A DNA stretch of 64,000 nucleotides from an uncultured Clostridia bacterium (GCA_964531645.1 CAZHEF010000001.1:12484-76483); one strand, 5' to 3'; shown: positions 28,797-38,632, counted from the stretch's first letter. The notes: a model not told the origin generated them from the letters alone. Made by a program: numbers and translations.

Positions 28797-29087
28797 TTTA
28801 ATCTTGAACAATCGTGTCAACTTTTTCTTAAATATACCTTGTGGAAAATATTGAGCGACTATCCAAAAACCCATTCAATCCTCACCCTCTTAGAAGAGCT
28901 AAAAGAAGCTATTCCTGAAAAAGATTCAAAAATAGAAGAGTTTATCAAAGAAAACAAAGAAATTATTAATAATTTAGAGATGGCATATTTAGAAAGCAGG
29001 TATTTTCCGGGGATATTTCTTAAAGAACAAATAGAGAAAATGATAAATTTTGTAATAAAACTAAAAGACTTTTTAGCTAATTTATGA
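28797..29087 (+). pseudogene. N-terminally truncated HEPN-domain protein
   Basis: Frame upstream of track start reads FNLEQSCQLFLKY...YPKTHS..LL..L...LE.AYLESRY.P; closed by TAG at 28764 with no start codon or SD. Confidence 0.75.
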
Positions 29088-29446
29088 GTCTTTTTGTGAA
29101 AATTCTTAGAAAAAGAGCAGAAGCAAGAAAAGAATATTCTGAAAACTTCGAAGTTTATGTTAAAAAAATTGGCAAATATTTTAAAGATAAACTGGGGGAG
29201 GCAAGAGTCTTTGTATTCGGCTCCATTGTTGATGGAAGCTGGGACAGTGAAAGCGATATTGATGTTCTTGTAATCTCTCCTTCAACTCCTCCATATCTTT
29301 ACCAGAGGTCAAAACTTATAGCAGAGATAAAATTTGAACTTGGAAGATTCAATCCTTTTGAAATCCATCTAATTACACCAGAAGAATATAAAGAATGGTA
29401 TTCAAACTTCATAAAGAACAATTATAAAGAGGTTCATTTGGAGTGA
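29084..29446 (+). CDS. minimal nucleotidyltransferase (MNT, MntA-like antitoxin)
   Basis: VFVFGSIVDG......SDIDVLV motif, PFEIHLITPEEY; ATGA overlap with HEPN. Confidence 0.88.
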   Translation: MSLFVKILRKRAEARKEYSENFEVYVKKIGKYFKDKLGEARVFVFGSIVDGSWDSESDIDVLVISPSTPPYLYQRSKLIAEIKFELGRFNPFEIHLITPEEYKEWYSNFIKNNYKEVHLE

Positions 29447-29463
29447 AAGGCTTTTAGATATCC

Positions 29464-30435
29464 TTACTTTTTCATCTTCTCAAGCTCAGCAATTACTCCC
29501 TTTATTGCTCCTGCCTCTGGAGAGTTGGGGTCAGCTTCAATAGCTTTTTTGAAATATTCAATAGCTTTCTTAAAATCCCCTTTATTTAAATAACAGTATC
29601 CAAGCTTTGAATAAGGCTTCCACCAGTCAGGTTTTATGCTGGAAGCAAGCTCAAAATATTTTATGGCATCATCAATTTTCTGATTGTTGAAGTAGATTTC
29701 TCCAACACTGTAAGCGAGAGCCTCATCCTTTGGAGAAATTTTAAGCGCCTCTTCGAAATTCTCTCTTGCCTTATCAAAATCATCTTTCTTTATCCACAAC
29801 TCGCCCATTCCTGTAAATGCTTTAAATGCTGTCTCTGGCTCCTTTGAAAAATCTCCATCCCTTTCTTTCAATCTTTTTAATACCTCCTGAAAGCTTTCAA
29901 TTGCTTTATCCAGCTCTCCCTTTTTCATTTGCACAGAGCCAATATTGAGAAAAATCTGGAAAACAGATGGGTATTTCTCAATTAACTGATTGTAAATTTT
30001 CAGAGCATCATCGTATCTTTCTTCCTTAACCGCTTCTTCTGCTTTCTGGAGCAATTCGAAAGCATCCTTGTCTGCTGATAAAACAGCAGGTCCTCCCTTT
30101 ATTTTCTTAAGGGTAAATGTTACTGGTGGGTTCCTGAACTCTGATACTCTCAGCTCTATACTTGAAGGAGCATAGCCTTCCTTTGATGCAGTAAGCCTCC
30201 ATGGACCTGTCCCAAAACCCGCTATTGCCCAGTCTCCTTTTTTATCTGAAACTCCTTTTAAAACAGTCCCTCTTTCAAGAAGACTCTCTGCGACAATTAC
30301 AGCATCAGGTAAGGGAGAGCCATTTTCATCCACAACTTTTCCAAAAACTCTTCCCCTTCCCATACCAGCCTGAGAAATGAGATTGTAAGAATTTAGAAGA
30401 ATCGTCACTAATAAAATCAAAACTCTCACTTCCAT
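29464..30435 (-). CDS. exported carboxypeptidase-regulatory-like domain + TPR protein
   Basis: SD GGAGG, signal peptide, GR..GKVVDENG.PL..A, SDKKG.W...G...G.W...ASKEGY, multiple TPRs. Confidence 0.85.
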   Translation of the reverse strand: MEVRVLILLVTILLNSYNLISQAGMGRGRVFGKVVDENGSPLPDAVIVAESLLERGTVLKGVSDKKGDWAIAGFGTGPWRLTASKEGYAPSSIELRVSEFRNPPVTFTLKKIKGGPAVLSADKDAFELLQKAEEAVKEERYDDALKIYNQLIEKYPSVFQIFLNIGSVQMKKGELDKAIESFQEVLKRLKERDGDFSKEPETAFKAFTGMGELWIKKDDFDKARENFEEALKISPKDEALAYSVGEIYFNNQKIDDAIKYFELASSIKPDWWKPYSKLGYCYLNKGDFKKAIEYFKKAIEADPNSPEAGAIKGVIAELEKMKK

Positions 30436-30485
30436 TTTTTCGCCCTCCGTACTAAGGTAATATTTATATTTTCCAACAAATTTCA

Positions 30486-31457
30486 TTAATCTCCTTCTCC
30501 TACGCTGAAATCTATCTTTCCTTCAAAGGTCTTCCCTGAATTTTTATCCTTTATGAAAATCTGAAGGGTGTAATCTCCTAACTCAAGTTTTTCATCTGAT
30601 GAGAAGATGGGCATTGGATGACTTATAATAGGAGCTCTTTGATTCTCGAGAACTTGAGAAGCAAATTTTATCTTCTCTTCCTCTCCTTTTTTGAGCTTGT
30701 AATTTATCTCAAAATCATAGGTTCCTCTGGAGGAAGTTGAAGCACCCAGTATAAAGTAGAAAAGCTCTATATTTTCATTCCCTCTGAATTTATTCTTAAA
30801 ATATGGTTCAATTTGAATTCTTCCATAAGTAAATGAATCCTTCTGAATAATAGCGGAAGTCTGGGGAGCATCGAGAATTTTTAAGGGTTTTAAGAAGAAG
30901 AGGGGTGTCGTTTCAAGCTTTTCAACCTTTATTATGTCTGGTATGGTAATATCAGCATAATCAACTGAAATCTTCTTCAAATCAGGAGTAGCAAGAGAAT
31001 AGGAAAGAATGTATTTTCCAGGAAGTATTGTCTGAATAATCGAATAATAATGTGACGCTTCTGGATTGTAATTTTCCTTTTCAACAACTTCTTTTAATGG
31101 TAAATAAACTTCCTTTACCACTTTTTTTGGCATTCCTTTTTCATCTGTTGAGTAAAACCTGAGAAAGGTGTCAAGCTCACCTACCATCTTCCCTTGTAGC
31201 TCGGATGAAAAAATGGATTCATTTTTGATTTTAAATATAAAAGCAACAAAAACATTTTCTAGGGAACCAGGATAGAATAAATAATCTTTGAATTCAACGG
31301 GTATATCAATTCTGCTCTTCCTTTCTGCAATATTGAGAGCCATAATTTGAGAAACTTCCTCAGGAATCTTAATTATCTTTTCTTCCTTTCCTTTCTGAGA
31401 ATAGATGGGTAATAGAAGAGCAAAGGTCAAAATAGGGATTATTATTAGTTTTTTCAT
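30486..31457 (-). CDS. exported protein resembling the C-terminal beta domains of GWxTD proteins
   Basis: Signal peptide; PGKYIL and GDYTL.I.IKDK.SG Ig-like motifs; LFFL..L..L...P; IEPYF...F...E.IELFYFI. Confidence 0.7.
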   Translation of the reverse strand: MKKLIIIPILTFALLLPIYSQKGKEEKIIKIPEEVSQIMALNIAERKSRIDIPVEFKDYLFYPGSLENVFVAFIFKIKNESIFSSELQGKMVGELDTFLRFYSTDEKGMPKKVVKEVYLPLKEVVEKENYNPEASHYYSIIQTILPGKYILSYSLATPDLKKISVDYADITIPDIIKVEKLETTPLFFLKPLKILDAPQTSAIIQKDSFTYGRIQIEPYFKNKFRGNENIELFYFILGASTSSRGTYDFEINYKLKKGEEEKIKFASQVLENQRAPIISHPMPIFSSDEKLELGDYTLQIFIKDKNSGKTFEGKIDFSVGEGD

Positions 31458-31493
31458 AATCCAACTCCTTTCATTAATAAAACTTCGCTCCTT

Positions 31494-32525
31494 CTATATT
31501 TTTAAAGGCAAAAGCTTTTTTATTTCTTCTTTTCCAACTGTATTTACCACAGCTATATAGAGATTAAAAAAGCCTTTGGGCAAAATCTTTGTTACAGGTA
31601 TATCAATTATCCATGAATTAATTTTACCTATTGAAACCTCTGATTCTATCAAAGAAAATGGATAATCCTTTCTAAACTCCCATATAACCTTCTCGCTAAG
31701 GTCAAGGATTTGCAAATTCACAATCAATGTAGCTTTTAGAAATCCTCCTTCTCTCTCAAAATAAAGAGATTTCAACGGAAATTCAAGGCGAACCACTAAG
31801 TTTCCTTCTTTTGATTTAACCTTCTTAAATTGATAGTTGAAATCAAAGAGAGGTTTTTCTCCCTTAAAGCTTCTTTTCATAAATTCTTCTTTGTTCAATT
31901 CATGAAGTAGTGTAAGATTTGGAGTCAAAATAGTTGAAATTGTCCCTGGAACAGACTCCCTTAAATCAGTAACTAATTTGTAATCACCTGTTCCATCAAC
32001 ATCAGAAAAATCAAGCCTTACATAAATCCTCTCCTGCAGAGCGGTAAGGATATTCCTGTATATCCATGTTTCCATAGGCTTAATCCCTTCTCTTGTGGGA
32101 AGTTGAACTGTTCTTGCATCTGCAAAGGGGTCAATGTATTGCCCCCCCTCACTCCTTATGATCTCATCGGGTGGTCCAAATAGAACATATATTCTGCCTC
32201 TATCTGTTAGATAACCTTTTTTTCCTTTTGAAAACATCTTGTTGGCTGTTTCAATTCTTTGCATATAGAGTTCTTTAAATTCATTAACTGCAGTTTGAGG
32301 GAAAGGATCTCTTCTCTTCCAGAAATCTTCAATAAAATTTTCTCTCTCCCATGGTGGGAGTTCGAGGAAAATCTTCCTTTCACTGTCTGAAATGATATAG
32401 TGAGTAATGTTAATAAATTCCTCAGATGTAGGATCAAGCCTTTTTTCAAGAGTTATTGTTCTGCACCCAATTAAAATAAATAAAAAAGAAAAAAGAAAAA
32501 AGAAAAAGCATAGAATTTTTCTCAT
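31494..32525 (-). CDS. GWxTD-domain lipoprotein
   Basis: LIGC lipobox-like; YII...E.K.FL.L, FI..FW.RRDP.P.T..NEFKE.Y..RIE.AN..F, GYLTDRGRIYVLFGPP. Confidence 0.88.
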   Translation of the reverse strand: MRKILCFFFFLFSFLFILIGCRTITLEKRLDPTSEEFINITHYIISDSERKIFLELPPWERENFIEDFWKRRDPFPQTAVNEFKELYMQRIETANKMFSKGKKGYLTDRGRIYVLFGPPDEIIRSEGGQYIDPFADARTVQLPTREGIKPMETWIYRNILTALQERIYVRLDFSDVDGTGDYKLVTDLRESVPGTISTILTPNLTLLHELNKEEFMKRSFKGEKPLFDFNYQFKKVKSKEGNLVVRLEFPLKSLYFEREGGFLKATLIVNLQILDLSEKVIWEFRKDYPFSLIESEVSIGKINSWIIDIPVTKILPKGFFNLYIAVVNTVGKEEIKKLLPLKI

Positions 32526-34591
32526 TGTTTACCCTCCTTTAATTTCTTTAATAATTCAGATATCTCATTTTGAGAGGAATTTATTTTAAGGGATTTTTCG
32601 AAAGCTCTTATCGCTTCCTCTTTATCCCCCAATTTTAAGTAGCAATCACCTATTGAATTCAGAATATCTGTGTCCAACCCTTTTATGGATAGAGCTTTCC
32701 TGTAATTCTCGAGAGCTTGAGTGGGATCCTGGAGATTGTGATAGGCTCTACCAGTTAAATAGAATGGCTCGTAGGATTTTAACTCAGGGTTTAAAAAAGG
32801 CTTAAGAATTTCTATAACTTTTTCCCAGTTCTTATTGACTGATAAAGCCTTTGAAAGTGCAAGAGCGAAATCGAGAGAATCAGGTCTTTTCTCCCTTGTT
32901 TTTTCAAGAAGTAAAATGGCTTGATTTATCTCTCCATTATTTAAATGCTGGACTCCAAGAGAAAAATCTACAAATGGGTCATCAATTTTAAAAGTTGGCT
33001 TCGAGACATACCATGACCTTGGAACCAGAGGAACAGGAGAGATTGAAAATTCCCTTTTTTCTGATAGGATTTCCTTCCCATTTTTCAGGAGAGAAACTAC
33101 TAATTGGTAATTTCCTGGTTTAAACTGGTCCAAAGGAATTTCAGCAATAAATTCCTGGTCAAAATTCCCTCTTTTCAGAGAAGGGATTTCCAGAAATTGT
33201 AAAGAATTGTAATTTCTTGATAGAAGCTCCTTCCCTTCATCTATAATTCTCAGTTTCCATTCAAGGGATTTGATAGAATCTCTTGGAAGATTGTAAGCCC
33301 TGCAAAAAATTCCAAGAATATCAGAAGGTGAAAATAGACCATTTATCACAGGAGAATAGAAAACGCTCTCAAATGAAAATGGCTTTAAAAGAGCAGAAGA
33401 AGGGGAAGGCTTTTTTTCATAAAATAGAAGGACAGGGGAAAGAAAAGAAGTTTCAGAGGTGGACGGGACTGATATTTGCCTCTCCAAAGAAAAGAATTCT
33501 TTAGACACGCTGTTTTTTACAAGAATTGAAACAATGTAATTTCCTGGTATTATGGGGAATAAATCTACTATAGAAAAGGGTCTATTCTTTATTGAATTGA
33601 GCTCTTCCTCTTTAAGTTCAACTGAAATACTTTTTTCAAATTGAAAAATATTCTTCCCTGTGAGATTCTGAATCTTTCCGTAAATTTTCAGAGATGTGTA
33701 ATATTTGTTCTGATAATTGTCAAGGGATAGTCTTTTGGGTTCGATCTGGTAATGAAGAAAATAATTTCCTTTCAAATCCCTCGAAAGAAAAATCTCTGAA
33801 GAAGATTCTACATAATTAACTGAATAATCTACCTCGACAATCTCTTTATATTTTAAAATTTTCTCTGCATAACCATCCTTGATCCGACTCCTTTGATAAT
33901 CATTGATCTTCCCAAGAAGCACATCCGATGAAAGAGGAAGGGATGAACCATCCCTTGATACAGACTCTCCAGGAATGAGAGAAAGGGAAACATCAGCAAG
34001 TTGACCTCCGATTTCCCTTAAATGGTCAAGAACCTGTTGCCGGTTCCAGAGTCTCATTTTTGAGTCTATCACAAGGCTTTCAGGACCATCTCTTAAAGGA
34101 CTGTATAAAATATATTCTCCAGTTCCTTCCCTTTTGAAAAAAACAACATAGAAGAATGAGGGAAGACCTTTTGTAACATCACCTTTGTAAAACCATATTT
34201 CAGTTGAAGTCACATCAGAGCTACCCTCATGAGTTTCCTTGTCAAGGGGTTCTCCAAGAATTATATATACTCTGCCTCTGTCTGTCATCCATCCAGGACG
34301 AGGACCCTCTCTTCCAAAATATTTATTGGCATACTCAATTCTCCTATAATGCTCTTCTCTGAATTCATTTTGTGGTGTTCCTGGGGTCGGATCTCTAACA
34401 GCCCAGAACGCTTCTATGAATAATTCTTTTTCCTTATCAGTTTGAAGCTGAAGAAATATCTCCTTCTCTTTGGAAGTTATTATATAGACAACTTCTTCTT
34501 CAATCCATTTTTTGTATTTCGGAGGAAGATCCTTAACAGAATTGCCATAGAGGGTGAGAGAGATAAAAAAGAGAAATAGAATTTTTCGCAT
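32522..34591 (-). CDS. GWxTD-domain protein with C-terminal TPRs
   Basis: KWIEEEVVYIIT..EK..F, FW..RDPTPGTP.NEFREEH.RRI.YAN, GWMTDRGRVYIILGEP; TPR tail. Confidence 0.92.
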   Translation of the reverse strand: MRKILFLFFISLTLYGNSVKDLPPKYKKWIEEEVVYIITSKEKEIFLQLQTDKEKELFIEAFWAVRDPTPGTPQNEFREEHYRRIEYANKYFGREGPRPGWMTDRGRVYIILGEPLDKETHEGSSDVTSTEIWFYKGDVTKGLPSFFYVVFFKREGTGEYILYSPLRDGPESLVIDSKMRLWNRQQVLDHLREIGGQLADVSLSLIPGESVSRDGSSLPLSSDVLLGKINDYQRSRIKDGYAEKILKYKEIVEVDYSVNYVESSSEIFLSRDLKGNYFLHYQIEPKRLSLDNYQNKYYTSLKIYGKIQNLTGKNIFQFEKSISVELKEEELNSIKNRPFSIVDLFPIIPGNYIVSILVKNSVSKEFFSLERQISVPSTSETSFLSPVLLFYEKKPSPSSALLKPFSFESVFYSPVINGLFSPSDILGIFCRAYNLPRDSIKSLEWKLRIIDEGKELLSRNYNSLQFLEIPSLKRGNFDQEFIAEIPLDQFKPGNYQLVVSLLKNGKEILSEKREFSISPVPLVPRSWYVSKPTFKIDDPFVDFSLGVQHLNNGEINQAILLLEKTREKRPDSLDFALALSKALSVNKNWEKVIEILKPFLNPELKSYEPFYLTGRAYHNLQDPTQALENYRKALSIKGLDTDILNSIGDCYLKLGDKEEAIRAFEKSLKINSSQNEISELLKKLKEGKQ

Positions 34592-34599
34592 CAATAAAA

Positions 34600-34628
34600 A
34601 TTATAAAAGAATGAAATGAATTTGTAAA
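34600..34628 (-). promoter_or_regulatory. sigma-70 promoter of GWxTD operon (near-leaderless)
   Basis: TTTACA-17 nt-TATAAT, 8 nt before ATG, no SD. Confidence 0.6.
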
Positions 34629-34650
34629 TAGAGCGAATTGCGTCACTAAT

Positions 34651-34990
34651 TTTCTATATGAAATCTATTCCTTGCATCATGAGAAATTCTATTCCAAATT
34701 TTTACTTTCTCCTGATAAATTATTTATCAAGGAGGCTTATGGATGGTTCTGGATATGAAGGAGTTAGCAAAAAGGTATCAAAAGGCAAGAAAGAGATATA
34801 AGATGAAGATCCTCGAAGATTTCATCAATCTCACAGGCTACAACCGCTGCTACGCCTCATGGCTTCTTAGAAACTACGGAAGAAAGGTTGTGATGTAGAG
34901 AAAGGGCAAAGGGGGGAGAGAGAATTTCATGTAGAATCTAAGATGATGCAATGAATATAATTTCATATAAATCTTTATATGATGCAGTTA
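34651..34990 (+). mobile_element. internally deleted ISNCY-like element with long imperfect TIRs
   Basis: ORF 34755-34898 MKELAKRYQKARKRYKMKILEDFINLTGYNRCYASWLLR (ISNCY-type transposase N-terminus); about 50-bp inverted repeats at 34651-34701 and 34921-34973. Confidence 0.72.
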
Positions 34991-35042
34991 GCATTCATAA
35001 AGTTTTTAATTTTGCAATTTAAAAGAAAGAAACTATTTGCAG

Positions 35043-35951
35043 CTACCTTTCAGGAGAGTAAAGGGGAAGATATATTCGCCATCCATTTAGTTCTGGTATT
35101 TTGAATATTTTGTTTTCATACCTTCCCTGATTCTTCTTTAAATTCCATTGAATTTTTTCTATAGGAACCTCCATTGACTTTTTCCCTCCCATGTATACAA
35201 CTAAAAAACCATGTTTCAAGCAAATACATGCGGGCTGAACCTGAACCTGCAAGGTGCTCCTTGTTTCAACAGAAGCATTGGAAGAACAGGCTATTATATC
35301 CTCCTCAAGGGTTTTGGGACATCTTCCCATAAAGTAGAATAAAGCAAGGATGAATAATTGACTCACAACTAAAATTACGAAAACAATCGAAAAGACAAAT
35401 TCCCCCCTTTTTGTCTTTGGTATCGGTATATTCTCAAAAACTTCTTCAAACTTTCCATTAAAATCTTGACTAACTCTTTCACCTTCAATTTCAAGGTTTT
35501 CAAAGAATTTTCTTAAAATTTCCCTATCTCTTACGGTGAAATTAAAACCAGTGAGAGATACCCAGTAGATTTTTTCTTTTCTTCCAAACAAAAATACAAA
35601 TTCAAATCCTTCTTTCCCCTTTTTATGATAATAAAAAACACCCCTGTCAAACAAAGGTAAATCTTCTTTATATGATATATTTTTCATTTTAATCTCAAGC
35701 CCTGAGAAGAATTTCTCAAACTCAGGAGGGGAGTGCCAGTAAATTCCAAATTTTGAAAATAGTGATTTGTAAAACCTTCCTTTCCATGTAGAGGACATAT
35801 AATCTTCATATTTCCAGTCAGGAACCAGTGTCTTTACCACACCTATTCTCTCCTCCCTGTAATTGATGGGTCTTAGAAATAGATAATAGAGAAGAGCAAA
35901 GAATACTATATCACTTATGATAAATATAGCGATTAATTTTCTACTTCTCAT
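35043..35951 (-). CDS. hypothetical membrane protein (2 TM)
   Basis: 302-aa ORF with TM helices near the N-terminus and about residue 185; no family recognised. Confidence 0.7.
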   Translation of the reverse strand: MRSRKLIAIFIISDIVFFALLYYLFLRPINYREERIGVVKTLVPDWKYEDYMSSTWKGRFYKSLFSKFGIYWHSPPEFEKFFSGLEIKMKNISYKEDLPLFDRGVFYYHKKGKEGFEFVFLFGRKEKIYWVSLTGFNFTVRDREILRKFFENLEIEGERVSQDFNGKFEEVFENIPIPKTKRGEFVFSIVFVILVVSQLFILALFYFMGRCPKTLEEDIIACSSNASVETRSTLQVQVQPACICLKHGFLVVYMGGKKSMEVPIEKIQWNLKKNQGRYENKIFKIPELNGWRIYLPLYSPER

Positions 35952-35966
35952 TTTCTAAATAATTCT

Positions 35967-37580
35967 TCAGGGCAGCTCTTTTAAAATCCTGTTCCAGTAG
36001 TAGAGTTGAGTCATCGGTTTTATTTCAGGCTTTACATCAGAGTCTGCAAATTCCCTTGTTAGTTGATAGACAAATAAAATCTCTTGGATAACAGAATCAA
36101 GATTCCACTCATCCCTTAATTCATCAGACGGTTTGTGATAATGTTTTGATATGTAATCCCATATTATCTTGTTGGAATAGTCGGGAGGCTTTCCAACAAA
36201 TTCATTTCCTGCGCTAACGGAAACTGCAGGAATCCCTTCAACAGCAAAGGGGAAATGGTCGGAACGAAAGAAACTTCCAAACTCAGGATGTGGGTCAGGC
36301 TTTATTTTAACTCCCAATCTTGAGCTTAATCTCTCAGGAACTCCTTTCAGGTCATAATATTCAATACCTCTCAGGACAAAATCATTTACAATACCCCATA
36401 TATTCATGCTATCAACATTTATGTCCAGAAGGATCTTATCTTTTGGAACAGGTGGATTTTTTACAAAGTATTTCGTTCCATCAAGACCAGCTTCCTCAAG
36501 GGTTGGTATAAAAATTATGACTGACCTTTCAGGAGGATTTTCCATTAATAACTTTGCAACAATTAAAGCGCAGGCAACTCCTGATGCATTGTCAAGGGCA
36601 CCATTGAAAATTTTATCATCTCCCGGATAATCAGGTTTCAATCCAAGATGGTCATAATGGGCTGAGAATACTATATATTCATCCTTTCTGCTCTTTCCTT
36701 CAACAATTCCTGCAAGATTTGCTGTTTTTACATCCCTCTCTTCATTCTTGAACTGAACATTTATTCTTAATGGAAGATTAACTGGCTTAAATTTTCTACT
36801 TTCTGCTTTTTTCATCATATCGGAAAGGGTGAATCCACAGCTTTCAAAAAGCTTTTCAGCAAGGCTTTTAGTAATCCATCCGTTGAACTTGAGAGCTTTG
36901 TTTTCGGTCCCCTTTCTGAAAATCTGCTCACCCGACCATGAATTCTGAACAACATCCCATCCGTAGCCTGCTGTCTCGGTTATATGAATTATCAAGGCTC
37001 CAGTAGCACCTCTTCTCTCCGCTTCCTCGAATTTATACGTCCATCTTCCATAATATGTCATACCTTTTCCGTCAAAGAATTTCGGGTCCTCGGAATATGG
37101 GTCGTTAACAAGAAAAATGAGAACCTTCCCCCTTACATCTACACCTTTGTAATCATCCCATTTATACTCATCTGCTTTTATTCCGTATCCAACAAATACA
37201 GCAGAAAGAGAATTGAGGGAAATATCCTTCTCTTCATGATTTGATGTCATTACATAATCTTTTAAAAAATCGAGATTTAAAGCCTCCTTTGGAGTACTAA
37301 TTTCAAACTTTTGAGGAACTATCGTGCTTCCCCTTGTATCAAGCCACTGATAGTAACTTCCATTGAATACAGGCTTTAATCCAAGATATTCCATAAAGGA
37401 TACAATGTATTTTCCTGCTATTTCCATTCCCTTCAAACCTGGACATCTTCCCTCTGTAATATCATCAGAAAGAAACTTTGTGTGGGAAAGGAACCAATTC
37501 TTCATCTGTTCCTTTTCCTGATGGTTAGCTATAAGGAAAAATGGAATAAAAATTAGAAAAATTGAAATAAACCTTTTCAT
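35967..37580 (-). CDS. M28-family aminopeptidase with PA domain
   Basis: LSDD..EGR.PG, VFVGYGI.A.E..WDDY, YYGRWTYKFEEA, SAHYDHLG, NGALDNASG, EEAGL.G, RSDHFPF, YHKPSDE; SD GGAG before MKRF. Confidence 0.92.
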   Translation of the reverse strand: MKRFISIFLIFIPFFLIANHQEKEQMKNWFLSHTKFLSDDITEGRCPGLKGMEIAGKYIVSFMEYLGLKPVFNGSYYQWLDTRGSTIVPQKFEISTPKEALNLDFLKDYVMTSNHEEKDISLNSLSAVFVGYGIKADEYKWDDYKGVDVRGKVLIFLVNDPYSEDPKFFDGKGMTYYGRWTYKFEEAERRGATGALIIHITETAGYGWDVVQNSWSGEQIFRKGTENKALKFNGWITKSLAEKLFESCGFTLSDMMKKAESRKFKPVNLPLRINVQFKNEERDVKTANLAGIVEGKSRKDEYIVFSAHYDHLGLKPDYPGDDKIFNGALDNASGVACALIVAKLLMENPPERSVIIFIPTLEEAGLDGTKYFVKNPPVPKDKILLDINVDSMNIWGIVNDFVLRGIEYYDLKGVPERLSSRLGVKIKPDPHPEFGSFFRSDHFPFAVEGIPAVSVSAGNEFVGKPPDYSNKIIWDYISKHYHKPSDELRDEWNLDSVIQEILFVYQLTREFADSDVKPEIKPMTQLYYWNRILKELP

Positions 37581-37637
37581 TATTAGTCTCCTTAAAATAA
37601 ACATAAATTAGATTTTTTTGAGATAAATTTAATTTCT

Positions 37638-37770
37638 AAAATCGAATTACAAAGTTCAAGGTGGCGACAAACTATAAACTTGTGGTTACAAACCCAAATC
37701 TTTATGACTTGCTCCCTCTTTTTGCTTATCTTGCTCAATTCACATTCTTTCCTTTGATAATTTCAACCTC
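37638..37770. repeat. degenerate heptamer array 3' of coaD
   Basis: aatcgaa-ttacaaa-gttcaag (shares acaaagttcaa with 12421 array); ttgctcc-ctctttt-tgcttat-cttgctc. Confidence 0.45.
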
Positions 37771-37841
37771 TTTTTCTTTTTCAGACTTTAAGAAAAAACT
37801 TTACTTCTTTTTTAAAAACTATCTAACTCGTTTTTAATTCT

Positions 37842-38327
37842 TTACTTCTTCCTTAACTTTTTCTCTAAATACTTCTCCACTACCTGAGGAACAAGATCTT
37901 TTACACAGCCTTCAAGAGAGTAGACCTCTTTAACGAGACGAGAACTTAGATAAGAATAGACAACACTGGGCATCATAAAAAGGGTTTCCACATCAGGGCT
38001 TAGTTTTCTGTTCATCAAAGCCATCTGGAACTCATATTCGAAGTCCGAAATAGCCCTAAGTCCTCTTATAACAATTTTAGCGCCCTTCTTTTTCATGTAA
38101 TTCATCAAGAGTCCATCAAATGTCTCTACCTTCACACTGGAAGAGCTGGCAAATATCTCTTTAATCATCTCAACTCTTTCCTTAATGTTAAAAAGGCATT
38201 CTTTCTGAGGATTTTCGAGAACAGCAACTATTATCTCTTCAAATATCTCTTGTGCCCTTTCTATTATGTCTATGTGTCCATTGGTTATAGGGTCAAAAGA
38301 ACCAGGAAATACAGCTATCCTTTTCAC
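37842..38327 (-). CDS. coaD: phosphopantetheine adenylyltransferase
   Basis: AVFPGSFDPITNGHIDII, IRGLRAISDFEYEFQMA.MN, YLSSRLVKEV. Confidence 0.97.
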   Translation of the reverse strand: MKRIAVFPGSFDPITNGHIDIIERAQEIFEEIIVAVLENPQKECLFNIKERVEMIKEIFASSSSVKVETFDGLLMNYMKKKGAKIVIRGLRAISDFEYEFQMALMNRKLSPDVETLFMMPSVVYSYLSSRLVKEVYSLEGCVKDLVPQVVEKYLEKKLRKK

Positions 38328-38359
38328 TTAAAAAAGTTTGCTTTTTAGCTTAATTAGCC

Positions 38360-38632
38360 TTACTTTACAGCTTCTCTCAGTTTTTTACCAGCTACAAATT
38401 TGGGGAATTTTCTCTCTGGGATTCTAATTACAGCTTTGGTTCTTGGGTTAATCCCCTTTCTTTCCTTTCTCTTTCCAACCTGGAAAGTTCCAAAACCGAC
38501 AAATGTCACCTTCTCTCCATTGGAAAGTGAATCTGAAACAATCTTGAAAAAAGTGTCAATTGCATTGAGAGCAGCCCTCTTAGAAAGCCCTGTTTTTTCT
38601 GCCAATTTGTTTACTACCATTTCTTTTGTCAT
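38360..38632 (-). CDS. hup: HU family DNA-binding protein
   Basis: MTKEMVV..LA...GLSK, GFGTF, R.G.NPRT, PKF.AGK.LR..VK. Confidence 0.95.
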   Translation of the reverse strand: MTKEMVVNKLAEKTGLSKRAALNAIDTFFKIVSDSLSNGEKVTFVGFGTFQVGKRKERKGINPRTKAVIRIPERKFPKFVAGKKLREAVK

